Assembly: GCA_030167865.1 (NCBI GenBank)
Contig: JALAGF010004801.1
Coordinates: 1-64,000, forward strand
Source: Craspedostauros australis
Lineage: Eukaryota
Length of the DNA stretch: 64,000 nucleotides
Reading direction: 5' to 3'
Part shown: positions 34,699 to 47,511 of the stretch, piece after piece
Numbering within the stretch: position 1 is the stretch's first letter
Layout: each line of letters begins with the position of its first letter
Position numbers and translations under genes: made by a program
Notes under the pieces: generated by a model
Database searches by the model: none
What the model was told of the DNA's origin: nothing
Seen by the model: the letters and a program-made list of their open reading frames with translations, nothing else

Positions 34699-36577
34699 AT
34701 GGTGCCAAAACAGAAGAGGAGCAAGGCAAGCAGCAACGCCAAGCCGCCTGCACCTCGATCCACGAGAATGTATCTGTGCTGCTCCGTGGTAGCGGTATGC
34801 TGCGCTGGAGTGTTCCTTAACACGCAATCCATGAAGATGGTGAACACAATGTTGTTGGCGAAGGATCAAGCTGCGGATGATCAGCCAGGTTCTCTCCCAT
34901 CTGCCACAACAGCCAAGCACGAGGGATTTCCCGCTGTGCAACCCGCCTTGCGACAAGCAGGCGCGCTCCCCGTCGCTGCCGCTCACAACGTCACGGAATA
35001 CTGGAATGGGCAGCGGCATCACTTGCTGTTCTCCACCAGCTGCAGCGCCTTCCAAGATTGGCAATCCTACCTGCTCTACTACCAAGCGCACGCGATCGGG
35101 CAGCCTGGCAACATCATCCGCATTGCATCTGGTTGCAACCCCCGTCAGCAGGCGCAACTGCGGAAGTTCCACGACAAGCACATCGCCACCATGTCTCCAC
35201 GCTACAAGATCCTTTTCACCAAGTTCTACGGACGCGGGAGGGATCAGCGAACTAAGTACTGGAACAAACCGTTCGGAATGAAGCGATGGTTGGAAAGTGC
35301 GCTGGGGTACAACGAATCGGGCTCAACCAACCCGAACGACGACGACATTGTCATCTTGCTGGACCCCGACATGGTCCTGCTGCGACCCATCGTCAACGAC
35401 TTCAGCTCGGAACCGAATGACTTCTGGATCTCATGGTATCGCACGAGAGCCGATCAGATCACGAACAAGGTTCAACACGGGAGGCCCATTGCGCAGAGCT
35501 ACGGTTATGCGGGAGAATGGCTGCGACCGTTCCGTGATCATTTGAACAGAATCGTGGGGAATGAATCTCGCGTGCACAACATCACGGACCTCGGTGAGGC
35601 ATTCCGATTCTACACCTGCGGTCCGCCATACATATTGACAGCGAAGGTATGTGCGCGCGTGTGTGTGTCTGCATGTGTGCGTATGTGCCTGCGGCTTGCA
35701 GAGGATCCTTAGTGTTGTGGTGAGTGTGAGCGTGAGTGTGGATATGAGTGTGCGTTTTCACTGTCGTACCAACAGCAACAACGAAGATAGCAACAGCAAC
35801 AATCATAGTGACAATGATACCTCACAAACTCTCTCTCTCTCTCTATTCTCATGCTCACTTCTTTCTTGCTCACCATACTTCAACACCTTCAATCTCTTGA
35901 CAACACAATGGGTACTATCGTTGACCCCACCTTGACGCACTCGTCCACCACACTTGCGCATATCACAGGACATGTACAGCGTGACGGTACTGTGGGCGCA
36001 ATATGTGGCGCCCATGTTCGACATCGTCGGCAACTTCATGGCCGAGATGTACGCTTACAGCATGGCGGCAGCGCATCTCGGGCTCATCCATCAGAACGCT
36101 CTGGCACTCATGGTCTCCAACCCCATCCTCAAACAGGAGGGATGGCACATGTTCGACAAAGACGAATCGCTGACGGACGAGAATGCATGCGCCGTGCTCA
36201 GCGATGTCACCAAGATGGTGTCCCATGGCAAACATCGCCCTTACACCATCCATTACTGCCAGCACTTTGCATTCGGTGAATTCGCATTTTTTAAATACAC
36301 CCTGCCTGGGCAAACGATCACCTCTTGCCAAATGCCATTGTTCCAACTCCCCGAAGCCAACATCATGCAGACAACCAACTACTCACGGTTCACCAAAGAC
36401 AATTACAGACGGTACAAGATGTCGCAAGAGAAGGACGCCTTCGTTGCCAGGAATCATGGATACACGCTTTGTTCTTTGCTCAGCGTGGCCAACCGCGCAG
36501 GCATCGACTTCCGGCAGAAACACTGTCTTGCGGAGACTGTCAACTACGATCAGACGTGGCGATACGAATACGGCTAA
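34699..36577 (+). CDS. HPAT/SERGT1-like glycosyltransferase (type II membrane); exons 34699-35646, 35969-36577
   Basis: N-terminal TM; HLLFSTSCSAFQDWQS, GQPGNIIRIASGC, YWNKPFG, ILLDPDM (DxD), GPPYI, AEMYAYSMAAAHLGL, IHYCQ. Confidence 0.82.
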
Positions 36578-36740
36578 CGGTCTCTCCAACAATTCTATTG
36601 AATATGAATTTTACTACAAATCCAGAACACTTACACAGGCACGAACATACAACAATCGTCCAATCATGCTATTCTATTGTATATTCATCATTGCCAGGTG
36701 CTTCCGCTTCTGTTGTGAGATGCTGTGGTCCATGAAATTG

Positions 36741-36911
36741 TGTTGGAATAGAGTATAACTTACTCTCAGATACAGAGGAGCTGTCCTGATGTGCTTGTGA
36801 CCTGAATGGGTCTCTCGGTTTGGAAAAATACTACTCCGTCCACAAGAGATTGCGGTGGGAGGTGCGGCAATAACGATTATCTTGACAAAGTCGTTCCCTC
36901 GATTCCTAACA
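36741..36911. mobile_element. LTR-like relic, 171 bp (TGTTGGAAT...ATTCCTAACA)
   Basis: TG...CA ends with imperfect terminal inverted repeat; last 56 bp recur at 39273-39328; no TSD, PBS or PPT seen. Confidence 0.45.
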
Positions 36912-37333
36912 AGTATAACACGATGTATTGCGATGATCCAAATCGAATGAGGATGATGATCACAACGGATATCACGGGAGATGCTGCGGACCCTGCAACT
37001 GGCAATCCGACAGAATAACATCTCATCATCAACTCATCCTATGTGAGTTCAATCAACTCAACAACAATCAATTCGAAATCGACAACTAACGATTAAGACC
37101 CACTCGAGTGAACGAAGGTGCAGTCGTGCCTGATAGTGACTTAAACTTTGACAAAATAAGTACATATTCGGAATCTACGTAAAATTCTGTCGAGGGGTAT
37201 TTAATTTAAAAATCGGGAGAGTTGTGGATCGAAAGTTATAGACCTTGCAATAGTTTTGGTCTTCGGCCGTTGTAGACCTTCCTTAGACTTCGGCGGGTAT
37301 CGCCAAAACTCGATGATGATGTCACACCTGTTC

Positions 37334-38409
37334 CTATTTTGAATTATTTTTCGCTTGCAATCTGGTTCTGACACGATTCACAATTTTCCACGTCACATTT
37401 TCCTTCGATGTTCCCGCACTTTCGACTGTTTGTTTTGCCGCATGTGGATGCAAATCATCGTGGGTTTGCTCCAAAATCTCGTCTTCCTTGGCTTTGCACT
37501 GTACAGATTCTTCTTCGTCACAACCAGAATCATGGAGCGGTGGTTGCGCACTGGCGCTCGCAGTCATACTTACCATTGTGCACTCCGTCTTTTCAGCAGT
37601 TTTTGCCTTCTTTTCTTGTTCTTTTTGAACTTGAGATAGTCCATGGTGAGGTATGCTTTTACTCTCAGTGGTGATGCGTGTAGTTGAGCGTGCCAGTCTG
37701 TTTTCACCTGTTCCATCGTCATCAGTTGTTGGCGTGCGTCGTACTCCGATATTCTGTTCCTTGAGTCATGGCAAGCAAGTACACAGATTTTGATCAGCTC
37801 TGCCAACACATAGTCAGGATAGGCTCAAACGATCGAGTCTTCTTTGCGGCGCAACCCGGTGTTGTAACAGGAGGAAGATCCATAGCAGCAGTTGTATCCT
37901 TCCACATTGCGTCGTGACCAGCAGATTCCATGAGGTTGTTGCAAAGGGCTGTTTTGAATACATTCGCTTCATTCTGTTTCACACTCTTCTGGGCCTTTCG
38001 CCTCATCTTTGCCTGTTTTGTATCCACTGGTACTGGTTGGCATGACTACTTGTGGTCTTCCTTCACCGTCGCGCCAAGTTCGTTCACAACGGAGCACTCC
38101 CAAGCCTCTTCCTCCACCAAATTTGGCATTGGTGACATTCGAAGCTTCAATTAACCAAGCTTTCTCATCTTCGTATTGAATCTTGTGAGTGTTGGGAACA
38201 CCAAGCATGTTTGCAGACCATTGAGCTCTTGGGCTTGTACAGTGAGTCAGCCACTTGCCCTTCAATAGGGAAGCGTCAACCAGCAACATTGCGGTGCCTT
38301 TGATGTCTCCAAATTGCAGGGCTTTCAAGATGATCGCCATCCCTTCCATCGCTATCGCCATCACCTGTTGCCTCGTCACCATTGCCATCCCTGCTGCCAA
38401 AGTGCACAA
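37334..38409 (-). pseudogene. Decayed, frameshifted coding relic (possibly TE-derived)
   Basis: Four overlapping minus-strand ORF fragments in different frames, in lower-GC sequence next to assembly gaps; no family recognised. Confidence 0.35.
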
Positions 38410-38614
38410 GTAACTACTGAAGACGTATTGGCCCGTTATTGTGTGCCCTGGTCGAAGCTCTTGTTCTTTTATTGTGAGTTGCCCGAAGACAATCCCCTGA
38501 CCAGTATTTGTTGGAAATCCGGGGTAACCCAGTCTCTAGTAGTAGTATCTGATTACCTATTCCTGTTGTTGCATTGTTGGAACTGTGAGTACAACATCTC
38601 CATCTCTTTCAATT

Positions 38615-38747
38615 NNNNNNNNNNNNNNNNNNNNNNNNNNNNNNNNNNNNNNNNNNNNNNNNNNNNNNNNNNNNNNNNNNNNNNNNNNNNNNNNNNNNNN
38701 NNNNNNNNNNNNNNNNNNNNNNNNNNNNNNNNNNNNNNNNNNNNNNN
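38615..38747. other. Assembly gap
   Basis: Run of N. Confidence 1.
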
Positions 38748-38985
38748 ATCATTCATCTCAGATATTCCATCTCCTGCTCTCTGCATGCATCTCATCATGC
38801 ATTTCAGTAGTTTCATTTCGCTCTACGCTCATGCAGTTCGTCTTGTAGCCGTGTAGGTACCTCGCCATGGATCTCATGACAATCGATCCCACATCATCGT
38901 CAATTCCTCAGTATTCCTCTCACGCGACCATCATGTCACCTGTCGCGTCGCCATTCGTGCTCTTGAGCGGATAGGGGATCGCCTC

Positions 38986-39160
38986 NNNNNNNNNNNNNNN
39001 NNNNNNNNNNNNNNNNNNNNNNNNNNNNNNNNNNNNNNNNNNNNNNNNNNNNNNNNNNNNNNNNNNNNNNNNNNNNNNNNNNNNNNNNNNNNNNNNNNNN
39101 NNNNNNNNNNNNNNNNNNNNNNNNNNNNNNNNNNNNNNNNNNNNNNNNNNNNNNNNNNNN
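38986..39160. other. Assembly gap
   Basis: Run of N. Confidence 1.
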
Positions 39161-39272
39161 TGGACAGACCCTGTGATGCAAGACACGATTGGTTGCGTGA
39201 GGTGGGACAGGCTTACAAGGTTGTCCGAGTGTGATCAACAATGTTGAATCCATTGAGTCGTGAAGATATTAT

Positions 39273-39328
39273 TGGGAGGTGCGGCAATCATGGGTATCTT
39301 GACAAAGTCGTACCCCCGATTCCTGACA
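39273..39328. repeat. Second copy of the 56-bp LTR-like end
   Basis: 49/56 identical to 36856-36911, same orientation, ends ...attcctgaca. Confidence 0.85.
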
Positions 39329-39366
39329 CACACCGCGCCACCCCGCAGAACAGGAAGCACACTCAC

Positions 39367-41035
39367 CTGACCCATGAAAGCACAGAACTCAAGGAAGTCG
39401 ACATATCCGCTGCCATCGGCATCCATCACCGCCCACAACGCTTCGAAGTCATGACGGTTCATTTCAACAGCCTTTCCAGAGCTCAAGAACTCCCACATGC
39501 CCTCCTTTGTGATGTTGCCAACGGAGCTCGCACGTCGATCACTCTTGTCGGCCGTGGATTGGGCGTCGATCTTCTGGAACTCGCGAGCCAATGCCGCGGC
39601 ATCCATGCGTCTGGCCGGTACGCGGATGCTCATGGTCTGTGCAACACGTGCGGCGAATACGGCGCGGTATCTCTTTGCCTGTTGTTTGTTGTATATGTAG
39701 ACTGCGATAGCGACTACGATGAGGAAGAAGAGGACACCGCCGATGGTGAATCCAGCAATGACTCCTGCCTTGACGGGTGTGGTTGGCTCTTGATATGGGT
39801 TTGTGGCACAGTTGGGGTCGTACTGTGTCGTCCATTGATTGATTGATTGATTGATTGATGGGATGCATAGAGGGAAGCGAGAGATGGCAAATGAAAGAAG
39901 ATCGAGAATGTGAGAGGGGGGAAGCAGTGGCAGATTTGTGAGGACAAAAAGGATCGCCGATGCCAATTGCACTCTGAAAATATAGGCCGTGGCATCGGTA
40001 GAATTCAGAATAGATGTACTTGCCTCACACCATTGCTCCTCTGATGGGAATACACCAGCCAGCGAAGTGTTGGTCATGGGCACCTCAACACGGAGCACTT
40101 CAGGGACGGCGAACTCGTCATAGGTGCTCCTGATGCCCGCAATGAACTCGTCCTCTGTGATGCGCTGGCTGTGGCAGCTAATGAAAACGAGCAACTTGGA
40201 GCTGTTGTAAATAGAACTAATCTCTCTTTGAGCATTGCAGGCTGCATCGAGGCATGTGATTGTGTTCACGACGGTCACGAAGCTCAGACCCGCCACAACT
40301 CCCTTGGTTACAGTGGTGTCATTTCCAACTGTGTATGTGATCGTGTTTTCTTCACCCCCCTCGGGGCGAAAGGAACCCAGGTTTTGTTGCAAGGGCAAGG
40401 CGACAGTTCTCCCATCCAGCTCAAAGGTTGACGTTCCATATATGTCCAAGGCCTGTGCCACCCCGATCGTGCCGACCTCTGGTGCTGGGGGAATGATTCT
40501 ATATCGATGCTGGATTGTTCTTGTCCCTGAGTTCGTGTGGTTGGTGTACGTCTTTGATGGGAACTCACCCGTCAAGATGGTTCCTAGTCCGTCAATGGAG
40601 GCTGGTACCACCACGAGAGGCTGGGAGTCTGGTCCGTAAGTGTACGAATCACAGACGAAGAATCCAGCAAAGGCGGGCTTGAGAGAGAGAGAGAAAGAAG
40701 CAGAAGCATGCGATTGGTATGCGCGGGGATATGCCAAACAGCAAATTGGCCACGCACCGGAGAATAGGAAGAAAGGTGAGGCGAGGCGAGGACAAAGGGG
40801 GTGGGCAGTACTGGCAGAGGTGCGAGCATGATCATGCTCCCCTCGTTGTGTTGCAAAGACGTACAAAGATTCCTGGCTGATCGGCGATGTCATACTTGGC
40901 ATCATCCTTGTAGCGAGGATCTGAATCAGAGAGGCAGGGTTCGCGCCATGGATTGCCGCATTTGGCACCAGCCACCATGTTGCCCGTCATGGCCGCGGCG
41001 GCAGTGATGCTTGCGAAGAGGAAGCGCGAGGTCAT
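39367..41035 (-). CDS. Type I membrane protein with cytosolic EF-hand; exons 41035-40865, 40677-40024, 39822-39367; 3' end probably in or after the gap
   Basis: Signal peptide, Cys-containing ectodomain, TM (GVIAGFTIGGVLFFLIVVAIAVYIY), EF loop DADGSGYVDFLEF, donor CAG|GTGAGT; possible last codons at 38985-38920. Confidence 0.75.
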
Positions 41036-42017
41036 TCTGAATTCGTTGGTCTCGTGGAGACTGAATTTCTGGCCAGATCAGAATTTGTGAGAACATCGAC
41101 AGTTCGTTTCCCAACGGCAGAGCTTCAATGCGCCTTGCCTGCAACTTGTTGCGGTCGTGATGCGGTTCATCAGTTGCGGCTGCGGTCGCGGCTGTCACCG
41201 TGACCATGCTTCAACGCCCATCTGCCAATAGCGCGTACACACACATACACACACATACACACACGTCTATACAGAGCAGCGCAGAGCGGCGCAGCACAAG
41301 CCAGGCACCCATCACGAGAAGAAATTGGAGCAGCAAATCCGTGTCCACTGTTCTCATTTCCCCTGTTTTCAACACTCCATCATCGTGGGACATGGTGTCA
41401 GCTCTCTACCAATCAGTGCTCGCGCTCCTTGAAGACTGGACAAAGTGGGAAGAGCCAAGACCGGACAAACCTCCAGCAATCAGTGAGCCTTCGCACCTCG
41501 AATGCACAGTCGTTCTGGGATGTGTGACTGGCGCACCAAGTCACACATTCACCTCTGTGCCGATGTTTGTCATCTCATGGGAGAAACCGTGATTCGTGAA
41601 CACAAGAATAGATACGGGGTTCCGGCAAAAGCGTATTATTTCATGTTTGCAAGTAGTTGATCGTGGCTTCGCCTTCGCCGAGTTGGATTCGTGTGCTGTC
41701 TGCTGACACGAATCGGTGAGAAAATCCTTGCGAACCATTTCGCAATTCGTTGGCGAAACGATTTTGCTTCCCGCAACGCCGAAACAAGTAAAACTAGTGC
41801 ACCAATGTCCTGCAAAGCACAAATACGCCGCATGGGACCTCTTCCTAGTTGCCATCGGCAGACGATGCCTGAGATTTAGATTGGGCACCGGCAACTGCTC
41901 GTACTCAAACGACAGCATCAACAACAAAGCCCAAGCAAGTCAAGGCCGAGCCACGTCGACAGCCACAAGCCACAATACAGAAACACAACACAGGAAGCAC
42001 ACTCTTCGCTCCCAACC

Positions 42018-43400
42018 ATGACCATTCGTGCGCCCGTCCGCAAGTCAGTGTACGACGTCAGGACGGCAAAGCGTCTTCCTATAAGGTATCAGCGCCTCAC
42101 GACGACGAAAGCAGATCTTTAAGTGAGGCGGTACCAGCAGCAGTGGAAAAAGCGTCCGCAGTTGCACTGCCAGCACCCACAACCATCGAATCCCCGGCCT
42201 TCATGCGGCAATGGAAGCTTCCACCGAAAAGCGAGCGCATCATGACCGCAAAGGGATACAACAGCAACATCCACAACACCAGCATGTCATACCTTCACGT
42301 CACGGCCAATCATCAAACTTCGTACAACCTCACCGACGTCTTCGATGGCGTGTCTGCTAACTTTGCACAAGCGTGGCGAGACCACGACATGACGAACAGA
42401 TATGCAGGTCAGTCCATGCCACGTCTTGCTCGTCCAGGTGCGCACATCACTGCATCTGTGAATGCTTCTACGACAGCGCAGTCTTCAGCCAACAGTTCTG
42501 AGATCAAGGTTGCGACGTGTTCTGTTGCGAGGTACTGGGCTACGTTACAGTTTCCGCATCAGATGCAACACATCTTGCCATGCTGGTCCTTCTGGCAACA
42601 TTTCCCGAACACGAAGCATGTTCTCAACCTCCACAAAGGCCGCATCGTCGAGTTCACAAGCTCTTCGACATTCAGCAGGGGAATGAAGGATGTGTTGGAG
42701 GCCAGCGGCGTCTCCATAGTTTCCATGAAACCGCACGCATTTCTTACAAGTAAGTATACGGGAAATCAGAGGTGGTGTACGCAGCGACCCGTATCGACAA
42801 TTTCTTCGGATATGGCAACTCATCAAGACGCTATCAGGAGTTTGAGAAGCAGTGCGTTGGCCGCAATGGGGTTGAATCAATACCAACAAGTGTACTGCTC
42901 GGCCGACCACGCGGATGACGTCAAGGACGAAATCGTCGCTGCTCCAACGCCACGCAAGGAACCGCGCATTGTCGTTGTCGACCATACAAAAGCAGGACAC
43001 TGATCGACGCATACGACATCGCATTCCTTCTACAAAAAGAAATGGTTCTCTCTTACGTGCCCCCAGTCGTCTACTTCGAGGACGCAGGAACCGGGCACTG
43101 CAGGCACGAAGGCGCATGCAGTTGTGGATGTGCCTTTCCAGCCCGATCACAACTCTGCCTCGCAACGCAATGTATTTAGCGAAGTCCGAACATTCTACAG
43201 GGACGCAGTCCAACGCCATTTGTTGGACTTGCGCTTCGTCTTCACCTTTTGCTTCCGTCTCTTTGCCAGTCCGAAGACTGACCATACTGAGCGAATCGAC
43301 CAAGCGGAGAGTGCGGATCAAACAACCCTCGAGGCATCTCATGGTGCACAATGCAGAGTGCGGAGGGACCGTAATAGCAGTATTGGCAGGATAGAAAGAG
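42018..43400 (+). pseudogene. Degenerate GT61-like glycosyltransferase gene
   Basis: FPHQMQHILPCWSFW and PRIVVVD, then stop; PVVYFEDA and SHGAQ fragments broken by frame changes; ATG at 42018 out of frame with the main ORF and no TM anchor. Confidence 0.4.
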
Positions 43401-44342
43401 AGGGAGAGGTAGAGGCGACCCAACACGTGACACAATCTAACTTTCCCAGAGTAGGCACAGACCGTTATTTGGTGCGTTCAATCGCACCGCTCAAAACCTC
43501 GAGTTCGGTGCGAATGCGGTGTGGAGGTGTTTGTGTCATACCTCAACAGAAAGATACTTTTTGTGGGCAGCAGCAATCGCACGTGTCCTGGACGAAGGCC
43601 ATCGACGCCTCTCCGCGACCATCGTCCGAGAGGGAGAGGAGACGGACGACCGCATCCGCAATCGCGGCAGCAAGAAGAGAGAAGACATTTTGTGACTGAC
43701 AGAATCAGAACACGTTCGAAGATGTTCGTGCCTTTGCGAGTTCACGCTACCAACAGCGGAGTCTTTGCCAGTCACCAGCGAACATGCAGGAGATGTGAAA
43801 GCGAATCCAACGAGAACCAGACTCCACAACCTATTGGCAACCTCATGCAACTGCAACATCGAAGAAGCATCAATGGGCAGAACTCGAGCGACGAATTGAT
43901 CCCAACGACAACATCACAGAGAAAGAGTTGGTTTTTGCGGAGATCGAGGTAGCGGCACGACTTGACCAGCAACACCAACGACATCATCGACATCATCGAC
44001 ATCAAAAGCCACGATTGTATCCGTATGGTGCTCCCCATGGTTCGCGATCGTCGTTCATCACTGCCTACCCAACCAAAGAGGCGTGATCAAACCAACGAGC
44101 TTCCGCAATCACATGTACATACCCAAAGATGAAGAGCGAGAGAGATGGGAATCAAGCACAAGATCATGCCATAGTCTCCGCATTTGTCTCTCCAGTCCTC
44201 ATCATCTCAATTGTGCTCACGAATCCAAACCAGTCTCGATCTGAACCTGGACAACCACAAATCGCAGCACACAACACAATACAACACAACCCAAACAATT
44301 CGATACGATACATCTTCTCGGTGACATCTTCCACCACAAGAT

Positions 44343-45797
44343 ATGACATACCACACGACCAACCACGCCACAGCCGTGGCTGCTGCCATAGCGATCGCGG
44401 CGTCTCTGTTCATGGCATGCTGCATCCCGACAGTCGCTGCTGCCGACGGCGACCCAGCCCCGTCCATCCCGTGCCCCGGAGTCGAAGATGAAGCGTCCTT
44501 CAACAATATCGCACTCAAGGATCGTCCCAAGCTCGCAAAGATACTGCAACACGGGTACCGCATGGATCTGCAAAAGGCCACCATGCCATCCTTCGAAGTC
44601 CCTGGCAACCAGGTAGATTTGCACAACGCCTTTGTTGATCGCCGCTTTCGACTCATCGATGCCGAGCACTGCAATCCCATCTACGCAACGGTGCCGGGCC
44701 AGTACGTGACGTGCTCGAAGCAGACAAGCTCTTCCTTCGCATCGACGAATGGTCGATCTCTCAACGTTCTGTTGGAGAAGCAGTTGCTGCTGCAGGCGTC
44801 GGCTCAATACGACGGGTGGCATATGTCCACCCATGGCATCAGGAGTGCATCCGATGAAGTCAAGGCATCATACAATGAGTGGGTCGCCTCCACCACTCAG
44901 ATCCTGGAGAACAGCTACACGTGCGACGATTGGGAATACCTGCATATCTTTCACACAAAGTTCGTCTGCAATTACATTCCGGCGTGCATGAAGCTGGAAC
45001 CAGAGTTCCTGGAGGATCTGAAAGCTTTGCCCACGGCTTCCATCGTCGAACCGCCGACATCGGTCAGTAGCATCTCCAACGCTGCCGACGTGTTGAACCA
45101 ACTTGACGCGACCCTCTCCAAACCCTACTTTGACTTTGTCGACAAGTGGGGACACGGGTTGGTGGAAAGTTTCAGTCTAGGCTCTGCTGTTCTTGAGGTT
45201 AGAAGCAGCGCGTCGGAACCCGTCAGCAACAGCGACAGCACGTTGTACATGGGATACGTTGGCGGTTCTGGAATCAAAGAAATCCGACAGGGCAACCTCG
45301 ATGCCGATCTCTACACGCAGGACGAGTGCAACGACCCCGAACCCATGCAGTTGTTCTACGGAAGCTGGAGCACCTTTCTGACCATACAGAGCTACTTTGG
45401 TCACATCCTGCCGCCGGCCGATCGCGTTGACAACCGCGAGGATCTGATCCGCAACTTCCAGTTCCTGTATCTGTACGGCTTCGACCTGAGCGGCGCCGAC
45501 AGCGTGAGCCGTGATATCGTCGACGGTGATGCGTGGCAGTGTCCCTGCAATGCGACGTCACCGGACTCAAATTGCACGGATCCTGTGGTCGATCCACCCA
45601 CGCAAGCTCCGGACAATGGGACGACGGATGGACCGACCGCAGCGCCAAGTGGCCAGGACGGGAATGTCACAAGCAGCGAAGATGATGAGGACAGCGATGA
45701 TTCTGCCGCAGTCAGTCTGGGTGCGCTGTCTTCCGTTGGTCTCAAGTTCATCACGGCAGTCGCCACATTCCTGGCGATGATGGCAGCAACAGCATGA
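44343..45797 (+). CDS. Secreted, probably GPI-anchored MACPF-like protein
   Basis: Signal peptide; HGYRM, LEPEFLEDLKALP, YFDFVDKWGHGLVESFSLGS, YVGG; P/T/D stalk; DSAA followed by a hydrophobic C-terminus. Confidence 0.65.
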   Translation: MTYHTTNHATAVAAAIAIAASLFMACCIPTVAAADGDPAPSIPCPGVEDEASFNNIALKDRPKLAKILQHGYRMDLQKATMPSFEVPGNQVDLHNAFVDRRFRLIDAEHCNPIYATVPGQYVTCSKQTSSSFASTNGRSLNVLLEKQLLLQASAQYDGWHMSTHGIRSASDEVKASYNEWVASTTQILENSYTCDDWEYLHIFHTKFVCNYIPACMKLEPEFLEDLKALPTASIVEPPTSVSSISNAADVLNQLDATLSKPYFDFVDKWGHGLVESFSLGSAVLEVRSSASEPVSNSDSTLYMGYVGGSGIKEIRQGNLDADLYTQDECNDPEPMQLFYGSWSTFLTIQSYFGHILPPADRVDNREDLIRNFQFLYLYGFDLSGADSVSRDIVDGDAWQCPCNATSPDSNCTDPVVDPPTQAPDNGTTDGPTAAPSGQDGNVTSSEDDEDSDDSAAVSLGALSSVGLKFITAVATFLAMMAATA

Positions 45798-45985
45798 GCG
45801 CACGAGTAAGCTATGCCAGTCAGACAGTCAGGCAGATACATAGAGAGATACATATTTAATCCACGATCCAAAGCTCCATCAAGAGTTCAAGGTAGCATAA
45901 TAGCTCATCGTGCAATTTCAATGGAGTATGGCAATTGGAGTCGCGCTTGATCGTTGTTGCATGTTGGATGGAGAGTTCTTGTGGA

Positions 45986-46433
45986 TCATGTCCGGAGCGT
46001 GCTGTACTCGTAGCAGCGCGACGAATTAGCCAAGATTGGTGTTGCTGATGCGAGGTTGTGCTCGAAGCAAGATCGGTTTTCTGGATACGATCTGCTATCA
46101 ACGCATCCCTCTCTCCCTCTCCGTTTGCCATCCTCCTCTTTGACGATAAGCAGCATTCTGCCCACCTTCATCATGTCACTCGCGCAAGCTTTTCACACGA
46201 CTCTCGGCAATCTCGATCAATCAGTCAATCAATCGTCTCTAAATCTCATTGCGCAGCTCCGTGAATTCGTTGAGGATGCTGACGAGCTTCTGATTGTACT
46301 TGAGGAACTCGGAGGCATTCTGGGCACTGGTGGGTCCATCCCCGGCTTTGGTAGTGCGCTTCATGTCATCTACCAACTGGAGCCCACACTTGTGCTTGGC
46401 AGCATCCGGCATGGTGTTCACGATGTCCTTCAT
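45986..46433 (-). pseudogene. Decayed ORF relic with multiple in-frame TAG/TGA stops
   Basis: MKDIVNT...NEI*RRLID*LIEIAESRVKSLRE*HDEGG... reads protein-like across the stops. Confidence 0.3.
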
Positions 46434-47511
46434 GTCTCAATCGAACATCATTTGAACCGATAGAAAACAACATAGGTAAGCAACAACCATAGCAGACAAC
46501 AAACACAGAAACAACAATCATCTCACTTCTATAGAGGACTTTATCAACCTGGCCATTAGTGAGTAGAACACAACCCCCTATTGAGAACAACCTATCAGAC
46601 TACAAGCAGGTATGCAGGCAATCAAGATGCCCAATCTTGCAGCCATCCTACTGCGCACTATTTGACATCCAATACGAATATGATAGTGGCAATGGCAATG
46701 GTTGCCTTGATTGTCATGAAAGATTTGTATAGTGTGTCTGCTTGGACCATAGTTTGCACCGCAGCATTGGCGAGTACTCTTGCGACTGCGAACCAGGTTC
46801 GAAACATCATGACCATGGTGCCTGTTACCCTTTGACTCTCTTTGCTCCAACCTGATGCATGAAAACATGCAATCTAGTGTACCTCCAATGAACACTGCCG
46901 TATCTCTTGTGCTGTGTAGATCGTACTAGTATGCACTTGTATGTTGTTCCACAGTGCGATTCTATCGTGCGTACTGGATGAGGCAATCCCGCATGGTGAT
47001 CTTGTGTTTGCAATGAATGAATCTCCAGAGTACTCTGATCCAGTTGAATCTCCAGTACTCGACTGGGCTCAACTTTACCTGGTTCTACATCAAGCCACTC
47101 GTCTCCGTTCTGCCTTCCTTCAACATTGTAGATTGTCAAAAAGACACGACTTCAAATCGTTGATCCATCGACTATTCCGACTCGACCTGTTTAGTCCTAT
47201 GGATCAAATGTGTGCTTGTGTTCTTCGCGCGAAGGTTCGCAAAAACGAAACAACGAAACAGGATCCAACGCCTCCTCATTCGTCAACCTTCTCCACACCA
47301 ACACACGGACACACCGAACCGCGCCGCAGTTGCGCCATGACGCCAAGGGTGTGTGCGTTTGTGTGGGAGGGAGGTCGTTGTCCCAACAGCTTGGTTGTGC
47401 CATACCTACGAGTTCACAACAAATACAATTGCTCTGCTCTGCAAGTTGTGACATTATTCCACTCCAGAGCACCACACCATACCGTAGTCCACACTCGAGT
47501 CGGAAGTAAGA

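Noticed and set aside
36741-39328. Single full-length LTR retrotransposon
   Set aside because: Only 56 bp shared, no PBS/PPT/TSD, no gag-pol motifs.
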